Part shown: one piece after another, positions 37,419-49,900 of the stretch
Position numbering within the stretch: position 1 is the stretch's first letter
How the letters are laid out: the number at the start of each line of letters is the position of its first letter
Assembly (NCBI GenBank): GCA_950097015.1
Contig: CATNEN010000039.1
Span: 7,750,001 to 7,814,000 of the forward strand
DNA from: Macrostomum hystrix
Lineage: Eukaryota > Animalia > Platyhelminthes
DNA: 64,000 bases
Direction of reading: 5' to 3'
Notes under the pieces: generated by a model
Databases searched by the model: none
The model's input: the letters and a program-made list of their open reading frames with translations, nothing else
Told to the model about the DNA's origin: nothing
Program-made: the position numbers and the translations under genes

Positions 37419-38690
37419 TTTGTAATGTAATTAGGGAATCATTTAATTTAACAATAGAACTACCAGGGGGATTTCCTTCCCCCCCCCTGAGGGGGAGGGA
37501 AACGCATCGTTGCACCCGAACGGAGCAACGCAAGCACATGAAACTCAAGAACACGGGCCAACTTTTTTGCTCTGAAACAAGAATCAAGTCACCAGCTCTT
37601 CAGACCGTCGAGATATTCAATGTTTCTGGTCGAAGTTCAGACTTTTCCCGTAAGCGCTAGTGTATTTCATACACCCCTATACACGAATTAGCACTGCGCC
37701 TCAGTGCGGCCTTGCCAGGCCTTCAAAATTTATTAGCATGTCACCCGAATGTGCCTGCATCATCTCTATCTTCGGTGGTCACCTACCTTTATCTAGACGG
37801 ACGTGCTGGATCTTCAAGAGCTACAACGGTGAAACTAGGCCACTACGGACACCCTGACGCGAATCTCCATTTCAGCACAAATGTTTTTAGCTTAAAGCTT
37901 GTTTTTGTCTCAATGTGGGCCGCCCCACTGAATATATTTAGGAGCGCCTCAATAAATGCCTCAATAATTGGTACTACGCGCTGTGTGCAACTGCAGTGCA
38001 TCTTTTGTAAAAATGCTCGCTAACCTAAATTAAAAAGTTAGTACAAATGTTTCTTAATTTGCCTTATAATATTTTTTGTGCAGCTGCTGTTGTCTTGTAT
38101 CTCAAATGCGTGGTCTTGGAATATGACCGGAACTGATATTAGTAATAAGAGCAAAGATAGACACAAAGATATTTGATGCTAATATAGATAAACTACAGAT
38201 AGGCCTGTAAGTGTGGTACTCGTGGTAGGACGCACTCGTGCGTACGTGCTCTACACAATTGAGATCGATCAGTATATGCACATGCTGCCTTTTGTACTGC
38301 CCTCTCCTAAACCAGGAACAGATCGAAAATCTTGTGTGAAAACGCGAGAGACAGAAAGAGGAAAGTGCAAGAGCGGAAGGGAAAAGGCAACACTGGAGGA
38401 GCCGGGAACGCAAAACGAGTTGTTGCAACAAATTTGTTAAAGGACTGCCTTAGCTCTAGCATGGTCAGTTCACTAAATGAACGCATGGGCAGAGAATGCA
38501 ACTAATCAAGCATTGAACTAGAGCATACAAAACGAAGGGTTTCATATAATGGAATGAATTATCGATTGATTTTTTCATTGATCCAACAGCAACATAAGAA
38601 ACTAGAGCAGCGCTACTCTGCAAGATCTTCTGTCGGTTTTCGGTTAGCTGTTCTCTTCATGCTGGACCCGTAGTAAAAATATTCTGTGCT

Positions 38691-41600
38691 ATGGATCCTG
38701 GCGCGCTGCAGATGCTGACCAATGCGGACACGGAGATTGAGGAGAAGGTACGGCTGCTGCTGGATGCCAACCTGCGCCACTGCATCCGGCTCAACAAGCT
38801 TGCTAATCTTAAGATGACGGTTGCCAAGGTTACTAAGGAGACCGTCAACTGGCAGGCCTGCCTCATCCTGGCCATCAACGAGAAGCGACCAGCCATTGTG
38901 AGTTATCTCGTCCGAGAACTGCACGTGCGCCTGCCGTTTTACCACTGGGACGCGGAGACCTGTAAATGCAGCATCTGCAACAGCATAACAGCTGATCCAC
39001 GCTGTCACCAGGTGAGGACGCCAACCCAGAGATTAAAAAATGATACTAAAGTACAATCAACTTGGCTGTTTCATAAATAACGGGTATGCTCATAGCCAAA
39101 ATATGCTTAATGTCACTAACCCCTCTCCAAGGTTTATGTAATGGAGATTTATCCATGTGCGGTGGCACCACTTTACGTGTTCGCCTTGGACGAAGACCCG
39201 ATGGCCTACTGCCTACGAATGGCCGCTATACTCGTCAACGTGCGGCTAACCCTTATTAGGCAGAATCTGCTTAAGGCCTACAAGCAAAGCAAGCGAAACA
39301 TCAGCGCCTGTCTCAGTCTCATGCTGGATCAGACAGCTAGCGATAAAGAGGCCAGGCTTCTGCTGTTAGAGGAGGTTGAGGAGGACCTCATCGAGCGTAC
39401 GAACCGTTACAGCAAGCACCTAGGTAATCAAATGAGTGATTTGATTGGCTCCCGAATGGGACAAGACTAAAAGGGCTTGTAATATTTATTCAAATGTGTT
39501 TCACATTACACATGTATATATTTCAGTTTGCTTTTAGTGGAGGGCAAGACGAGGGCTTCGGGGATAAATATTTAGTTTCCAATCAATAAATCAGTACTCA
39601 AATGATCCTGATTAGCTAAAATCATCATATTGTAGGCAGAGTCTAGCTCATTAACAGGCTCACGAGCAAGAAAATTTCACATACAAAAATATTCAACAGT
39701 TCAACGATCACAATACTTTTATCCAGGAATCTTCAATCATCTGTAGGGTTGAGGAAGTTTTCAATTAGTTCATGAGCACGAAACATATTTTCATAAAATT
39801 TTTTTGAGAAATCTAATAATAAATATGATAAGAAATATGATAAGAACTGATAAGAAATATGATGTATAACAAAACTCACAAAAGTAAGTAAAGTACAAGA
39901 GCAAATCGTGAAAAGATGGCTCGTTAAGCAAGCTGTCTATCAGGTATATTTTCAACGTTTTTTATTTGTGAGGCCACACACACTTCAGCATCTGCAAACC
40001 TAATTAGCGCATCAAGCTGAACTTTTTTCTTTCCAATTACTCTGGATTTAAGTATGCTCTGATAGTCTCAGGCAACAAATGTTAGGAAGCCAGACCTCTA
40101 GAAACGAAAAAGTTAGAAGCTGTTGCAGCAACACTCCACACTCCATTTAATTATAAGAACTCGCCACTTACATGCCCAAACTCTTGATGACTGACCCGGG
40201 AAGATAATTCATAGGGCCTGTAAAGACTCGTGTAAAAAACTCTCATGCATTTAATTTCATCTGCTACTCGAGTTGCAATTTAATTTTCCTGAAAGATCCC
40301 GGAGCAAACCTACTTGAAGCCATGCATGCAATATCGTGTCGCTCGTAGGCGTAGTTAGGAATGACAGATACAAAGCAGCGTGAGTAATTAGGTAAGCCTC
40401 TTGTAATTTCTCTGTCTTTTATTCAAGATGTTCACACTTTCAGGCCGCACACTTATGTTTGCTCAGTTTCGTCTCAACAAAGCCGTAGTGCACAAAGCGA
40501 CTCAGACTGTGGTTGATGCTCAGTTCTCAGCGGGCTCTGAATTCCTTGGTGACATGTGGTCCGTCATCGGGTTCGTCAAAATGCTGCTCGTCTGCGCGTT
40601 TGCATTCGTGATTCTAACGCCAATCTCGATCGTGTTCCCTCACCCGAAGCTGATCAAGTTCTTGCGTTCAGCCCGAATTCTCGCTTTGATGGAGGTGATC
40701 TCCATAGTAACCTATCTTATTGCCGTGTTTGTCGGAGCTAACACATCATCATCGAGCGATGTACGCTCGGTTCTGTGCTTCAGCTCCAGTGACACGTATA
40801 TGCAACTGCAGACATTCGGTCTGGCCTTCATAATAGCCAGAATCATCGATGAGGCGTACAACCTCAGCCTAATGTCCGGCCGGCAGTTCTATGTGAGCAT
40901 GTTCGACTACTTGCTCAGTGTGAGCCTGGCCCTCCACTTCTCATCGCTATTGTTCCTCATCATCTGGTCGGAGTTTGTAAAGAGTTACACCGCTTCGGCG
41001 CCCAACTTTCCGCGGACAATGTGCGCGGTAAACCAGTCCACAGTTTCCATCTGTGTCGTCCTGGAGGCCCTGCAGCCTGAGGATCTCAACACCGTACAGC
41101 TGCTGATTGAGCCTGTGTACTACATTAACTCAGTCACGGGCTTCGGTACGAAGTTACGAGTACTAACGTTTGCTATTCATTTCTGTGTTTCATTAGCATT
41201 TTGTGATTCTAGCAGATCAGAGCTGATAGTAACTTTTGCTTTCACTGCAGGTAATTTGTTCCTGTACATCTCACTCGGAAACGTCTTTGTCTGGCAGAAA
41301 ACGATGGGCGTACTGGCACTGACAGTCCAAAGCATGATGAAGGATGTGTTGAAGTTTGTTTCAGTTCTGTTTATTGTATTCATCGCCTACACAACGGCAA
41401 TGACCAACTCATATAGGAACTTTGTCTGCGGCCAAAGCGGCTTCGGGACCACCTTTTTATCAGTGGCAATTCAATTTTTCTGGGCTATGTTTGGCATGAC
41501 CAATTCTGACGACAATCAGCTGAAGAACGCCGATGTAACGTGGACGCAGTACTTCAACCCATTGTTAGCTGTCCAGTTTGCACTACTGATTGGTAAATTA

Positions 41601-42252
41601 ATCAATCATTTATATTGTTTATACAATGTCACTTCGGCTATTTATAGAAGGAATGCAACAGTACGTCTCGTGTATAGTCAGGCTGCACATGAAACATTTT
41701 TAATAGATCTATTTTGAATTGATCTCAATGATCCGAATGATTTCAGGCTTAATTCTGTACGCAAGTTGGATGGTCCTTGGATTTGTCGTGTGCGTCAATC
41801 TGCTGATCGCAATGATGTCAGTAACCTTTCAGCGAATCCAGGAGGACAAGGACAACAGCTGGTTGTACGCCAGAACTCGGCGAATGCTGCGGTTCATCAT
41901 TGTACACCACCATCAGCTGATGCCTCTGCCAGTGCCGTATAACGTGGCCAGCCCGCTAGTATTCGCACTGCACCACCTGCTGAACAAAATTGTGAAGCGA
42001 AGCCAACTAGGCTCAGAGGAACAGATGCACTGGCAGCGAGATCAGCAGAGGCGTAAAACACCGAAGTCAGCAAGCGAGCCAACTGAGCGCTCTGTCATGG
42101 TAGCGGACATGAGGAACCGGGTAGCCGCCGACCTGCGCCTCGAGGTGTTGAAGTCAAAGCAGACTGACTCATCGAACGTGCCAATAATCGAGGGCGCAGA
42201 GGAAGGAGCAATCGTAGAGGAGGAGGTCCTTGACGACGTGTTCTGCTACTAA
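38691..42252 (+). CDS. TRPC-like cation channel, paralogue B (~720 aa)
   Basis: Exons 38691-39011, 39132-39423, 40444-41145, 41251-41592, 41747-42252 total 2163 nt. Same intron positions and motifs as paralogue A. Confidence 0.88.
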
Positions 42253-42629
42253 TCTGGCTAAGATCCTACGGTGCTTGAAAGTCAAGCAATTGGAAATGTT
42301 TTTCTCTATTTCACGTTTTATCGAACACTCCGTCTGTTATCTCAGTAGATTAACCACCTGTGCTAGTAAGCAGGTAACCAGGCTTTCCTACATGGCTTGA
42401 GATAAAGTTGAATGGCACCAAATATATATACTCGTATTCTAATTTAACGAGGAAAATTAAATTCATTAAGTTTTATTTAACAAGGAAATTATAATTTTGT
42501 CTTGCTCCTTTAGGGTATGATCGTCTAAAATTTGACCACTTTGCAAAATCAGCACAATCTCGCCTATCAGCTGCTGGGTCGGCAATCTTGAAGGCCTCTT
42601 AAACTGGTGCAGTGCAGAAGAAGCTTAAG

Positions 42630-43320
42630 GAGGTCATCCATCCTCCGCACGGGTAGCGACAGCATCCCAGTCGACGTGTTTCGAGAAAGACGACTGGCGT
42701 AGTGCATCTTGAAACAGTTCATCTGTTAAGAGGAAAGCCGTTGGCTTAGATGAACCATTGCAGCTTCAAGCAGACCTCATTGTCATCGAGGTAGGCGGTA
42801 CTGTTGTACTGTTGGTACAAATAAAAGTACCACTAGTTTTTAGCTGCTTTAGTAGTCCTTGTTCAAATAACGCTTGACAGCATGCTGATGATGACCGATG
42901 CCGCAGCTCCGAATGTGAGTCGCGCGTCCACCAGGCCAGGTGGGTTGATTCATCTTGCTCACGCGTCTAGACGAACCATGTCATATTGCAGCAGTGTGGA
43001 TGTACTTGGTCTCTTGTGGATGTAATTTAGTAGACGTGGCAAAGGTCCATCTTGTCGACGAACGAGCCTATAGTGCAAGCTGCCTATTTGTATTGCGACT
43101 GCAGGAAACGCTGGGCAGTAGTGTCTGACGTCAGTCTTTTACTGTTGCTGACTTCTTATACTAGGCCAAACTGTGGCTTCGATTGGGGATGCCGATAGGA
43201 GACCAATACGAGAACGAGCTCCTTGGCGTATACGGATTCCACCTGAACAAGCCCATCAATACCTGCTTGCAGCCCTGAAATAGTCTAGGAATCGTTAAGG
43301 CATAACGATTCAACCGCGGC
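42630..43320 (-). pseudogene. Possible heavily decayed AGC-family protein kinase relic
   Basis: Colinear fragments in mixed frames on the minus strand: RYALTI, QVESVYAKELVL..RHP, HYCP, LLNYIH, LVDAR-HIRSC, KHVDWDAV. Multiple stops and frameshifts. Confidence 0.35.
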
Positions 43321-43885
43321 AGCCTGGGGAAAAATAGCGCGTTCTTTCTACTTAAAGGGCATTTACGATTGCGGGTCACAAATTTGTGATACCCAGCTTA
43401 TCTCCGCCAGATCTCAGATCTTATCCTACGCCTATCACGTGTGGCAATAGGCACTACAATTTTACCAAGAGTAGTCGCACGGACACCGGCAACAGGATGT
43501 TCTGCACATCCGACTGCAGGCGAAAGTCCGACTCGGCAATCTTCTTCGGCGCACCCGGAGCTTTGCGGCTCGCCGAACTATCGCAACGAGTTCCAGAGCA
43601 ACAGAGCAACAGAGCTGCGCAACTTCTGCCAGCGCTTATCGAGCAATATCGTTTTCGAGATGCCAAAAACAATTATCATTTCTAGATACTGAATGTCGAA
43701 TGATTTTCAGTCCAGTCTCCAGTTTAACATCATGGAGGACCATTGCGTAGTATACAGTCGTGTCTTATTTGGTGCCTTGATAGAAAATGGACGCATTGGG
43801 GGTGCCAGCTCGTAAGAGCCGCGCGGTGGCACTCCGTTGAAAAGTCTCGAAGGTGGCCTGCATGTCTAAAAGTCAGCCAGAAGGT

Positions 43886-44023
43886 CATTTACCATTTACC
43901 AATTACCAATTCTCATTTACCAATTACCAATTCTCATTTACCAATTACCAATTCTCATTTACCAATTACCAATTCTCATTTACCAATTACCAATTCTCAT
44001 TTACCAATTACCAATTCTCATTT
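43886..44023. repeat. Minisatellite, 21-bp unit CATTTACCAATTACCAATTCT
   Basis: About 6 perfect units. Confidence 0.95.
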
Positions 44024-44475
44024 AAATAAATGAATAAAAAAGAAAAACGTATGTACTTGGAATACCAGGCCGTGGTCTTTCTGCTGTTCAGCTGCACAAC
44101 AGAGCAATAGGCCGGTAGCCCTCGACAAAAATAATCCGTCAAGGCAAGTTTAGCATAAGCAAATTAGGCTTTGCACAATAAGCCTTTGAGTTCTTGTCGA
44201 TTCTCACTGACCAATAATGAAAAGGAACAACCGCAGTCTCCTGCAATGCTGCGATAGTGCTAGCTGAACAGGTAGTTATTCTAGTGGACTCTTCTGCGAC
44301 ACGCCAGAAAATACCTTCTACACTAAAGTCTTTGATACAACTCACTTGCAGTGGTACTAAAAGTACAAACCTGAGCCATTCAAATCATAGCAGTCGTTTG
44401 TGACGTCTATAATTAGAGCATTATTTTTAGCCACATTGTATTACAAAACTGTCTTCCTTCACTACTGAGTACAGT

Positions 44476-44550
44476 GGCCGAGTAGCTCAGTTGGTTAGAT
44501 GCGTCGTGCTAATAACGCGAAGGTCGAGGGTTCGAGCCCCTCCTTGGCCA
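44476..44550 (+). tRNA. tRNA-Ile(AAT) with an extra T in the D-stem 3' strand
   Basis: Acceptor stem GGCCGAG/CTTGGCC, anticodon arm TCGTG-CTAATAA-CGCGA, T arm GAGGG-TTCGAGC-CCCTC, oligo-T terminator downstream. Confidence 0.88.
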
Positions 44551-44679
44551 ATATTTTTTAGGTGACAATCTTGGCTAGCTTTGATTAATAATAAACTAAG
44601 TGCATGTACCATAATAACCTAGCCGCGACTGAGATCTGTGGTCCAGATTGAACACTTTCTGTAGTACTCGCTTCTTTCT

Positions 44680-44912
44680 AGGGGTTCTAGCCTTTAGAGG
44701 TTAGAGCGTCGGACTCACGACGTGAAGGTCGGGGGTTCGATTCCCGGACTCGATTCGATTCACTGGAACAATTTGTGTCATTTAGCAAGACACTTTAACT
44801 CTGTATTGCTCCAGTTCAACCAGTTGTTAAATGGGTACCACAATTAACTGGGTACCACAATTAAATGGGGTACATCGAGGGTGTGTGCGGCGTCCCCCCA
44901 GTCCATGGACTT
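44680..44912 (+). mobile_element. SINE family A copy between two tRNA genes
   Basis: tRNA-like head plus CORE-like body, as at 16270. Confidence 0.82.
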
Positions 44913-45165
44913 GCCAGGTTTTGCGAAGTAATACTGCGGAACTCAGTGAAGATATTAATTCGCAAGACAAGGCTTTGATATAAACGCGATGTCAAATCGT
45001 TTTCAGATGTGGACTGTGAAGGAGCTGAACATTGTACGGAATTCAAGTGGCCTGACAGTGGACATGGACAGGCCACCAAGCACGCCTAAAGAAAGAAGTA
45101 AAGAAAGAAGTTATTTTTAGCAACGTCCTAGTACAAAACTATCTTTCTTCGCCGCGTGTTCCAAT

Positions 45166-45240
45166 GGCCGAGTAGCTCAGTTGGTTAGATGCGTCGTGCT
45201 AATAACGCGAAGGTCGAGGGTTCGAGCCCCTCCTTGGCCA
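45166..45240 (+). tRNA. tRNA-Ile(AAT), identical to 44476-44550
   Basis: Identical 75-nt sequence, similar upstream flank, T6 terminator. Confidence 0.88.
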
Positions 45241-46210
45241 ATATTTTTTGAGGTACCACTTCACTATATTTCCAATTTCATGTGGTGCTTAAAGCGTGAT
45301 CTGAGTGCATGGATCCACAGATACAATAATAACTATTATAGTAGTATAGTCATTATTATTATAGTTATAATTATAGTTATAGTTAATTATTATAGTTATA
45401 GTTATAGTTATAGTTAATTATTATAGTAACTATTATAGTAACTATTATAGTTATTATAGTATCTGTGCATGGATCGTGCGAAAATATTATCGATCTGCAG
45501 GTTAGGTCTGAGATCTCAGGTTCAGGCGGACTGATCCGACTTAACTCGCGCTGGTGAGACTGAGAAGTACAACGTCTGTGTATTCAATACTCAGTACAGA
45601 GATTTCCAAACAAAGCTTTCGTTAAAAAATGGTTCTAACGCAGTGACACAGATGCTAGAATACACTAGAGGGACGTATCTACTCGTGTATTATAGTGTCA
45701 GTGGCCGTGAAAATAACAAATATTTTTATTTAAAATTGGTTTAAAAAACTTTATAACTAACTACATCCAAAGATACTTTCATATTTCAATACATATCGTT
45801 GCCGCTACATCTGTCCGGGGTTTAGATTTAGCAGCAGTGCCAATACAGCCGGCCAACCAATCAGTAATCGAATCATTCGTCACCACGATGCTCGATTAAG
45901 TTTCATTTTACTAAAGAAAATCTTTATTTTTTAAAACATATAAATCCGCGAAGATCTGTGAAGATGATTTGGTCATTTGGATCATTTTTTTTTAGTTATA
46001 GCCTTAGCCAATGTATGGAACTTAGAAGTAATATGTGGTGCGTAGGTATGTTAAATTAAATAAAATTCTGTTGTCGACGAAGTCCAATAATAACATTGCA
46101 TCGGCGTATCGCATGCATTCAAACAGTCTCATATAACATTAAGCTTTTACAGCTTAAAAATTACTTGTTGTCATATGTTGAAAGTGGTCTTTTTTCAACC
46201 CATTTAGCAG

Positions 46211-46284
46211 GGCCGAGTAGCTCAGTTGGTTAGAGCGTCGTGCTGATAACGCGAAGGTCGAGGGTTCGACCCCCTCCCCGGCCA
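46211..46284 (+). tRNA. tRNA-Ile(GAT)
   Basis: Same body with a canonical D stem (GCTC/GAGC), anticodon loop CTGATAA, an A6-C67 mismatch, and a T6 terminator. Confidence 0.85.
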
Positions 46285-46974
46285 TATAGTTTTTTCCGTC
46301 TCAAAAACATTTTTAAAAAATACCCGGCAAATACAATTTTTGCTTAAGTATATACACATTCAAAACGATTTTTATTTACTAAGAGAATTTGCATCTAACA
46401 CGTAGCAAAGCAGACTGCCTATATGTATAGAAAAATGTAAATTTTGAAATTATTATATAGAGCTTGATCGTGTACATTTCAGTAACTTTGATCTGATCAG
46501 AGCATTATTGGACATTTTAACTCTCGCCGAGCTTTAAGAAAAGAGAAGAGAGAGTTCTACGATTTTTTATAAAACAGCGTGTACACTCTATGCTAGAGTG
46601 TACAAAAGCTCTACAAAAGCTCTTCAGGACAATATACGCTCCAGTGCATATTAATTGCTTGGGCTAATAGCTTTGCTGTGTTTTGAGTCTTCACTACAGT
46701 AATCCTACTAACTGATCCACAGTCCATACCCGTAGCTCATGCAATACAAATCGATCTCACTGTAAGCTTCATTCTTCCAATACTTGAATGGGAAGAATAA
46801 GTTTATAAGTTGCTCTCTAACATGTCTATGAAATATGTTCCTATAGTTGACGCAGAGACTTGAACACTGTTAATTCGCATTTTTATCGACAAATCACTAT
46901 CGAAATCTGCATAGCAATTACGTCGGCTTTTAATCTAGAAGTCCATATTTTGATAGAAGTCCATATGTTGACTA

Positions 46975-49900
46975 ATGGCTAAATCTAAAGTCTACAATTC
47001 AATGGACTCGGTTTCCGGTGGTAAGAATTGCTTCTTGATAATATAACTTTTAAAGTCTTTGTGTTAATCAGGAGTGTTAATACTGTCAGTAGGGCTGTGG
47101 GCAATGGCACGTCTTTTGGTGACATTAATAATGATAGAATTTAATAAGAATTCATTATTATTAAATAGCACAGCACAGCCGCAGCTATTGCGCGGCGCAT
47201 CTGAAGGCTGCATACGGCTGATCAGTCCATGGACTGGGGGGACGCCACACCCACCTTCAATTATCCCAGCTAATGCCGGTACCCATTTAACAGCTGGGTG
47301 AACTGAAACAATGCAGACTTAAGTGTCTTGCTAAAGGACAAAAATTGTTCCAGTGGAGTCAGGAATCGAACCCCCGACCTTCAAGTCGTGAGCCTAACCT
47401 CAAGGCTACAACCTCTCTTGGTGACATTATAGACCCGCAGCCAGCGAGAGGCAATTCTGCTCATTTCGCTGACTTAGCTGAGTACACAGTCAAACAGGTC
47501 ATCGTCTGGCAGTCTACACTTTCCTCCTTCCAGCTTTGTTCATGGAAATAAAGATTTCAATTAGTTTGTCTCGAATCCCACACGATTCCAGGCATTCGCA
47601 ATCTTCTGTGCGAGCCGTGCGGCAAGACAGCTGAGACCGCTGGCGAGCCGCAGACTGCGGCGCGGAAGGCCAATCCGGAAGAATACTCTGTGGACGAAGT
47701 CGTTGAATACTTTGGCTGTGGCAGATTTCAGATCAGGGTCATTGCTCTGTCGGGTATTCTCACTGTGAGAGCAGGCCTACAAACTAAAAATAATCAATAA
47801 CTGATTACACCTGCCCCGATTGGGCCAGCAGCTATTGCGCGGTGAATCTGAAGGCTGCGTACGGCTGTTCAGTCCATGGACTGGGGGACGCCACACCCAC
47901 CCTCGATGTACCCAAGCTAATGCTGGTACCCATTTAACTGCTGGGTGAACTGAAGCAATGCAGAGTTAAGTGTCTTGCTAATGGACACAAATTGTTCCAT
48001 TGGAGTCCGGGAATCGAACCCCCGACCTTCAAGTCGTGAGCTCGACGCTCTAACAAACTATAGGCTAGAACCTCATCATATTACTATTACATACTAATAA
48101 TTTGGCTATTATAATTGGCTCTGATTTCTTTAAACCTTTGAGATGATGATTGTTACTATTGCTACTATTCTTTGTCTCCTGTCTCATCTGTCCATCACAG
48201 CCAATCAGAAAGCTCGGGAGGGGGGTTGGGGTTGGTCTGGAAAAAATTGATACCCAGCCAAGACATGTTGAAAAAGCTTCCTCAAAGCTGATTGGGGGAT
48301 GGTGGGTAGAGCGCAAAGCAGAACCAGCGAGGAGGGTAGAAAGTCAAGCCAATCACGCGCGAAGATAAAATCTAACTGGGGTATCCTAAATTCTGTTGCC
48401 AAGGCTGCCGATGCCATGGAGATGATGCTGCTAGCTGTTCTGGGCCCCGCGTTGCGCTGCGAATGGCACCTGAGCCACGGCCAGGTGGCGGCGCTGACAA
48501 CTTTTGTTTTTCTCGGCATGCTGGTGGGCGCACCAACCTGGGGCGCCATAGCCGACAAGCTCGGCCGCCGGATCGTCCTAATCGTGAGCTCGGTGCTGAT
48601 CGCCTACTTCGGCCTGCTCTGCTCAGTTGCGCCGAATTATGCCTGGGTGGTGACCCTACGCTGCCTACTGGGCTTCAACATTGGTGGCGGGGCCCAGTGC
48701 TACACCATGCTGTCCGAGTACCTGCCTCATAGAACCCGAGTAGCTGCCGTGCTGGCCAACCTGCTGTGCTGGTGCCTTGGCGGCGCCTCGCTAGTGCTCG
48801 CAGCCTGGGCGATCCTGCCCAGTCTCGGCTGGCGTTGTCTGGCCGTGGTGTCCGCCTTGCCGCTGGTGCTGTCGGTGCCTCTGCTGCTAGTGAGTCCGAA
48901 ATCGAATGCAAGCTCGTGCGGATTCGAGCTCAGGAACCCTGGTGCGAGAGACGGATGCCTAACACTTAAAAATGGTTTCTTAAATCTTTCAGTTTCTGCT
49001 TCCGGAGTCTCTGCGTTTCCTGCTAGCCTCCGGACAGGTCGCTGAGGCTGCCCGCTTGATGGAACTGATGGCCAAGGAGAATGGCCGACCCGCCCTGCCT
49101 GGCCGGCTGGTGGTGGAGACTGCCAATGAGGTGGGGGGACGTTGGGCGGTTTCCAGTTTAAATTAGTGTGCTAACAGTTGTCTAACAGGCTTCGTAGATT
49201 TCTAGCAGGATCGTCAATATCTAACGAGTTTCATCCCTGTCTAACAGGATCATCCCTGTCTAACAGTAGCATCAATGTCTAACAGGATCATCAATGTCTA
49301 ACAGGATCATCAATGTCTAACAGGATCATCAATGTCTAACAGGATCATCAATGTCTCATAGGATCATCAATGCCTAACAGGTTTCATCCCTGTCTAACAG
49401 GATCATCCCTGTCTAACAGGATCATCCCTGTCTAACAAACTGGATCATAAATGTCTAACAGGATTATTAATGCCTAACAGGTTTCATCCCTGTCTAACAG
49501 GATTATCCCTGTCTAACAAACTGGATCATCAATGTCTAACAGGATTATTAATGCCTAACAGGTTTCATCCCTGTCTAACAGGATCATCCCTGTCTAACAA
49601 ACTGGATCATCAATGTCTAACAGGATTATTAATGCCTAACAGGTTTCATCACTGTCTAACAGGATTATCCCTGTCTAACAGGATCATCCCTGTCTAACAG
49701 TGTCACCAATGTCTAACAGTGTCACCAATGTCTAACAGTGTCACCAATGTCTAACAGGATCAACAATGTTTAACAGGATCATCCCTGTCTAACAGGATTA
49801 CCGATGTCTAACAGGTTTTATCATGAATTCCATATTCTCCCTGCTCCAATCCGCAGTCGAGCCGAGGTCACGTGACCCAGCTATTCCACAGCAGCCTCCG

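Noticed and set aside
42880-42960. Possible C/D-box snoRNA (TGATGA motif)
   Set aside because: No convincing D box, terminal stem or rRNA-complementary guide visible.
44680-44750. A fourth tRNA gene in the cluster
   Set aside because: It is the tRNA-derived head of SINE family A; it has no proper acceptor stem and continues into the CORE-like body.
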